From assembly GCA_965247115.1 (NCBI GenBank), contig CBDFGR010000001.1:160001-224000 (forward strand): a stretch of 64,000 bases of DNA. The letters are read 5' to 3'. The position numbers were made by a program, and so were the translations under genes. A model generated the notes under the pieces. It was not told the origin of the DNA. It did not search any database and saw nothing but the letters and a program-made list of their open reading frames with translations. The DNA is from Myxococcota bacterium. GTDB taxonomy: Bacteria; Myxococcota_A; UBA9160; SZUA-336. Positions 61,126-64,000 of the stretch are shown in pieces (position 1 is the stretch's first letter; the number at the start of each line of letters is the position of its first letter).

Positions 61126-62264
61126 ATGCCCCCACTCCCCAAACTCTCCCCCATGGACCTCCTCCAGGTCTCCGCTCCCTTCGACGACGCCGACTTCCTC
61201 TACGAGGTGAAGTTTGACGGGTTCCGGGCGCTGGCCTACGTCCAGAATGGCCACTGCGAGCTCGTCTCCCGGAAGGGCCACGTCTACCGACGGTTCGCCG
61301 ACCTCTGCCAGTCCATGGCCAACGACCTGAAGGCCAGGGCTGCTCGGGCTACGTACCCGACGGTCCGCGTGTTGGAAGTGTCCCGCGGGCGGTCTGCGCA
61401 GGCTGGCAGCTACCAGACGTCGCCCAGACGCCAGTCGCAGACGATTTCTCCGTTGAGGTCCAGACGCGGTGACCGCGGCGTTCGAAGGATCATGATGCCG
61501 TCGTCATCGGCCGGTGTGCGCTCGCGGCCGCCGGCGCTGTCCACGAACGTCGGGCCGCGCCAGCGCTCCCAGCCCAGGCTTTCGTAGAAGGCGTGGGTCC
61601 CAGTCGACAGCGCACCCAGCGGGTAGCCCTCGCGGATCAGCTCGCCCATACGCCTCATCACCCGCGATCCGTGGCCCTTTCTTCGGTACGACGCATCGGT
61701 GGCGACGGCCTCCACGAATCCGACACCCAACGTCTCGCCGGAACACACCAGAGTGCGCTCGACGAGCGATCCGTGACTGATCAGGCCATGTAAATCGGTC
61801 AGCCACACGTGGGCACCACCGAGTGTGTGGTCCCAGTCTTCGTCGGAGAAGTCGCCCTCGAACGCAGAGTCGAGCAGCGTCCGTAGCTCGCACAAGAAGG
61901 ACGGCGAGAGCGCACCCGTGGGAGCACTGTGGAGCTCAGTCATCAGGAGAGTCTACAGGCCGGTCCGAGTGGATGGGGGCTGGATGGTGTCGACCTCCGG
62001 GACCTCCCCCTCGTGGAACGGAAGCTCAAGCTGCGCAAGCTCATCCCGCGCAAGACCTCGAGCGTGCTGTACCTCGACCACATCAACGGCAGGGGCATCG
62101 AGTTGTTCGAGCAGTGCTGCGAGCTGGACCTGGAGGGGATCGTCGCAAAGCCGAAGCAGAGTCCATACCGGGGGCTCAACGGGAAGCCGCTGTGAGTGAA
62201 GGTGAAGAACTCGAACTACTCGCAAGCGGAGGGGCGGAGGGAGCTGTTCAGCCGGCGGCGGTAG
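61126..62264 (+). pseudogene. ATP-dependent DNA ligase (LigD ligase-type), split by the aac-like gene
   Basis: Motif I EVKFDGFR in 61126-61340; DLRDLPLVERK, EGIVAK and (W>stop)VKVKN in 61977-62264; central motifs absent. Confidence 0.85.
61410..61943 (-). CDS. aac(2'): Aminoglycoside 2'-N-acetyltransferase-like GNAT
   Basis: AFEGDFSDEDWDHTLGG, GFVEAVA, WERWRGPT, RTPADDD and CDWRLGDVW match the mycobacterial AAC(2')-I signature as I recall it. Confidence 0.85.
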   Translation of the reverse strand: MTELHSAPTGALSPSFLCELRTLLDSAFEGDFSDEDWDHTLGGAHVWLTDLHGLISHGSLVERTLVCSGETLGVGFVEAVATDASYRRKGHGSRVMRRMGELIREGYPLGALSTGTHAFYESLGWERWRGPTFVDSAGGRERTPADDDGIMILRTPRSPRLDLNGEIVCDWRLGDVW

Positions 62265-62276
62265 CGGTGAGAGAGA

Positions 62277-62790
62277 TCAGCGAGGGGTAGCGTGTTCCAG
62301 CTCCCTTCCCACCCGCTCCGCGTGCCCTGTGGCGCCTATCTCGGTGTAGAAGCGGTGGGCTTCGCTCCTTAGGCCAGCTCGTCGAGCAGCGCCTTCGCAT
62401 CCTTCAGGTCTTGTGTGTCGAAACCTTCGGTGAACCAGCTGTAGATCGGGGCGAGGAGCGCGCGGGCGTCGTCGCGTTGTCCCTGGTCGCGGAGCAGGCG
62501 ACCGAGGCTCGTCGCGGCGCGCAGCTCGTGGGACTTCGCCTGCTGGCGGCGCGCGATTTCGAGCGCGCGGCCGAGCAGGGCTTGCGCCTCCTCGAGGGCG
62601 TCTCCGTCCTGGTCCAGGAGAATCTCCGCCCGCAGCCGGTGCAGCTCGGCGTCGTAGTAGTGCTGTCCCTGTTCCTGGGCGCGCGTGACGCCGAGTCCGA
62701 GAGCGCCCAGGGCGTCGTCGTGGCGTCCGACCGTCCAGCAGCCCTCGGCGAGCATCGCGAGCATGCGGGGTGCTCCGACCCCGGTCCCGG
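62277..62790 (-). pseudogene. C-terminal TPR fragments of adenylate-cyclase/ATPase-type proteins
   Basis: ELRAATSLGRL...WFTEGFDTQDLKDAKALL, followed by a second tail fragment EAHRFYTEIGATGHAER. Confidence 0.75.
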
Positions 62791-62994
62791 TCGTCTGTCA
62801 CCCACTCAAGCAACGCTTCAGCCTTTCGCCGCCACTGGATGACGTGCTGCACTTCTGCGGGCCGGTCCGCTTCCTGATGACCAGGGCCGAGTGCCGTTGC
62901 CATGGCAATGCAGCAGGTGCGGTGACGAACTCATACAGCAGACGTGGATTACCTGGTACTAGCGAAGGGTTGGAAGGGCCTCATCTCCCCGGCC

Positions 62995-63403
62995 TCAGAA
63001 CAAGGCAGCGAGCCCGCCCACTACCCCCACCACGGCCGCAACAACGTACACCGCCGTGGTCAGCCTGCACGCGGTCTTGCCCTGCTGGGAGAGTCGCTTC
63101 TGAGTCTCGATGAGTTCGCTGGTGAGGCGCTCCTCGGCCTGGATCTGTTGCCGAGCCAGACGGTCATGGACCACGATCTCCGCCGCGCGCCGAGCCGCTT
63201 CGACCGTTTCCTTGCTGGGTGTGCGGGCTTCGTCGGAGTTCGGCGCAGAGCACAGCGATTGTGCGCGTGGAGAGCGTCTCCACGACCTCCACCCACGCCC
63301 GACCCACGTCGTCCTTGTAGACACCCGTCTTGAGGAGCTGGAGCGTGTCGAACTCCTCGGGGGGGGGGACGATGGTGGATTGCGTGAGGGAAGGGTCAGA
63401 CAT
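62995..63403 (-). pseudogene. Apparently frameshifted hypothetical protein with C-terminal TM
   Basis: Two overlapping protein-like frames that join near 63240. Confidence 0.4.
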
Positions 63404-63579
63404 CGCTGATCCGACGAGGACTCTACCACCGGGGGCCGTGGCCTCAGATGAGAGGAGTCAAAAGGGCCTGCTCCGCTTCGCGAGCGGGCTCGAAGGGCCC
63501 TCAGCAGCGGCGGAACCCGCACTCGAAAAACAGTTCGCACACTATTCGCACACTTCGGGAAACCGAGATCGTGTAACTC

Positions 63580-63656
63580 TGGTCGGGGCGGCCGGATTCG
63601 AACCGGCGACCTTCTGAACCCCATTCAGACGCGCTACCAGGCTGCGCTACGCCCCG
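63580..63656 (-). tRNA. tRNA-Pro(GGG)
   Basis: Full cloverleaf CGGGGCG..TCTGA-ATGGGGT-TCAGA..GCCGG-TTCGAAT-CCGGC..CGCCCCG-ACCA; TATACT upstream. Confidence 0.98.
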
Positions 63657-63763
63657 TGGCCCGGCAGTATAGCCACTCGCCTGGCGATCGGAGATTTCTC
63701 CGCCAGGACTGGAGACTTCGCATCAGGTTGTGAATCCTTGTACGGATGGTGCACGGGAGGCAG

Positions 63764-64000
63764 ATGGGTGGGGGAGGGGTCTGTGCGCCCTTGGGCCTGC
63801 TCCTGGCGGCCTTGGCCCTCGGGGCCTGTAGTACCACCGGGCCGCCGGGCTCCGTTCGGACCCACACGGTGAAGCGCGGGGAGACCGCCTGGCGGATCTC
63901 TCAGAAGTACGACAGCACGGTGGAGGCGATCGCGCGTGCGAACGGTCTGAGGGATCCGACCAAGCTGGCCATCGGCCAGCAGCTCAAAGTCCCGATCGGA
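63764..64000 (+). CDS. LysM lipoprotein (NlpD-like), 3'-partial
   Basis: GGAGG SD; lipobox LGAC; HTVKRGETAWRISQKY...IARANGL...IGQQLKVP. Confidence 0.88.
   Translation, partial: MGGGGVCAPLGLLLAALALGACSTTGPPGSVRTHTVKRGETAWRISQKYDSTVEAIARANGLRDPTKLAIGQQLKVPIG

Larger units (their letters stand above)
57329..63630. mobile_element. Decayed genomic island integrated at tRNA-Pro(GGG), about 6.2 kb, no integrase seen
   Basis: Bounded by 51-bp direct repeats; filled with gene fragments. Confidence 0.8.

Noticed and set aside
62193..62195. TGA recoding in the ligase fragment
   Set aside because: TGA is a normal stop across the window and the gene is already broken; a simple TGG>TGA mutation

Overview
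High-GC bacterial chromosome segment; gene content suggests a Myxococcota/deltaproteobacterial-type organism (inference). 1-18.4 kb is core: a signalling trio, guaB-guaA, dnaE, and thrS-infC-rpmI-rplT-pheS-pheT-ihfA-merR. 18.4-55 kb is largely accessory. It holds a type IV pilus/MSHA/T2SS-like operon with a STAS-MshEN-ATPase fusion, an orphan histidine kinase, an embedded diguanylate cyclase and an acidic-repeat minor pilin. It also holds an OsmC plus 2-oxoacid dehydrogenase operon with no E3, fapA, a Ser/Thr kinase, a pilX-pilY1 pair behind a c-di-GMP-I-type riboswitch, and amidohydrolases between inverted glcG duplicates. 55-63.6 kb is a decayed island region at tRNA-Pro(GGG), with a 51-bp att repeat, no integrase, many gene fragments and an aac(2')-like gene replacing the middle of a DNA ligase gene. 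The best candidate for a new system is the pilus apparatus, which appears wired to c-di-GMP at several levels (riboswitch, MshEN, DGC, PilZ), with a STAS input and shared sigma28-like promoters. All calls come from motif recognition by eye; no searches were run.
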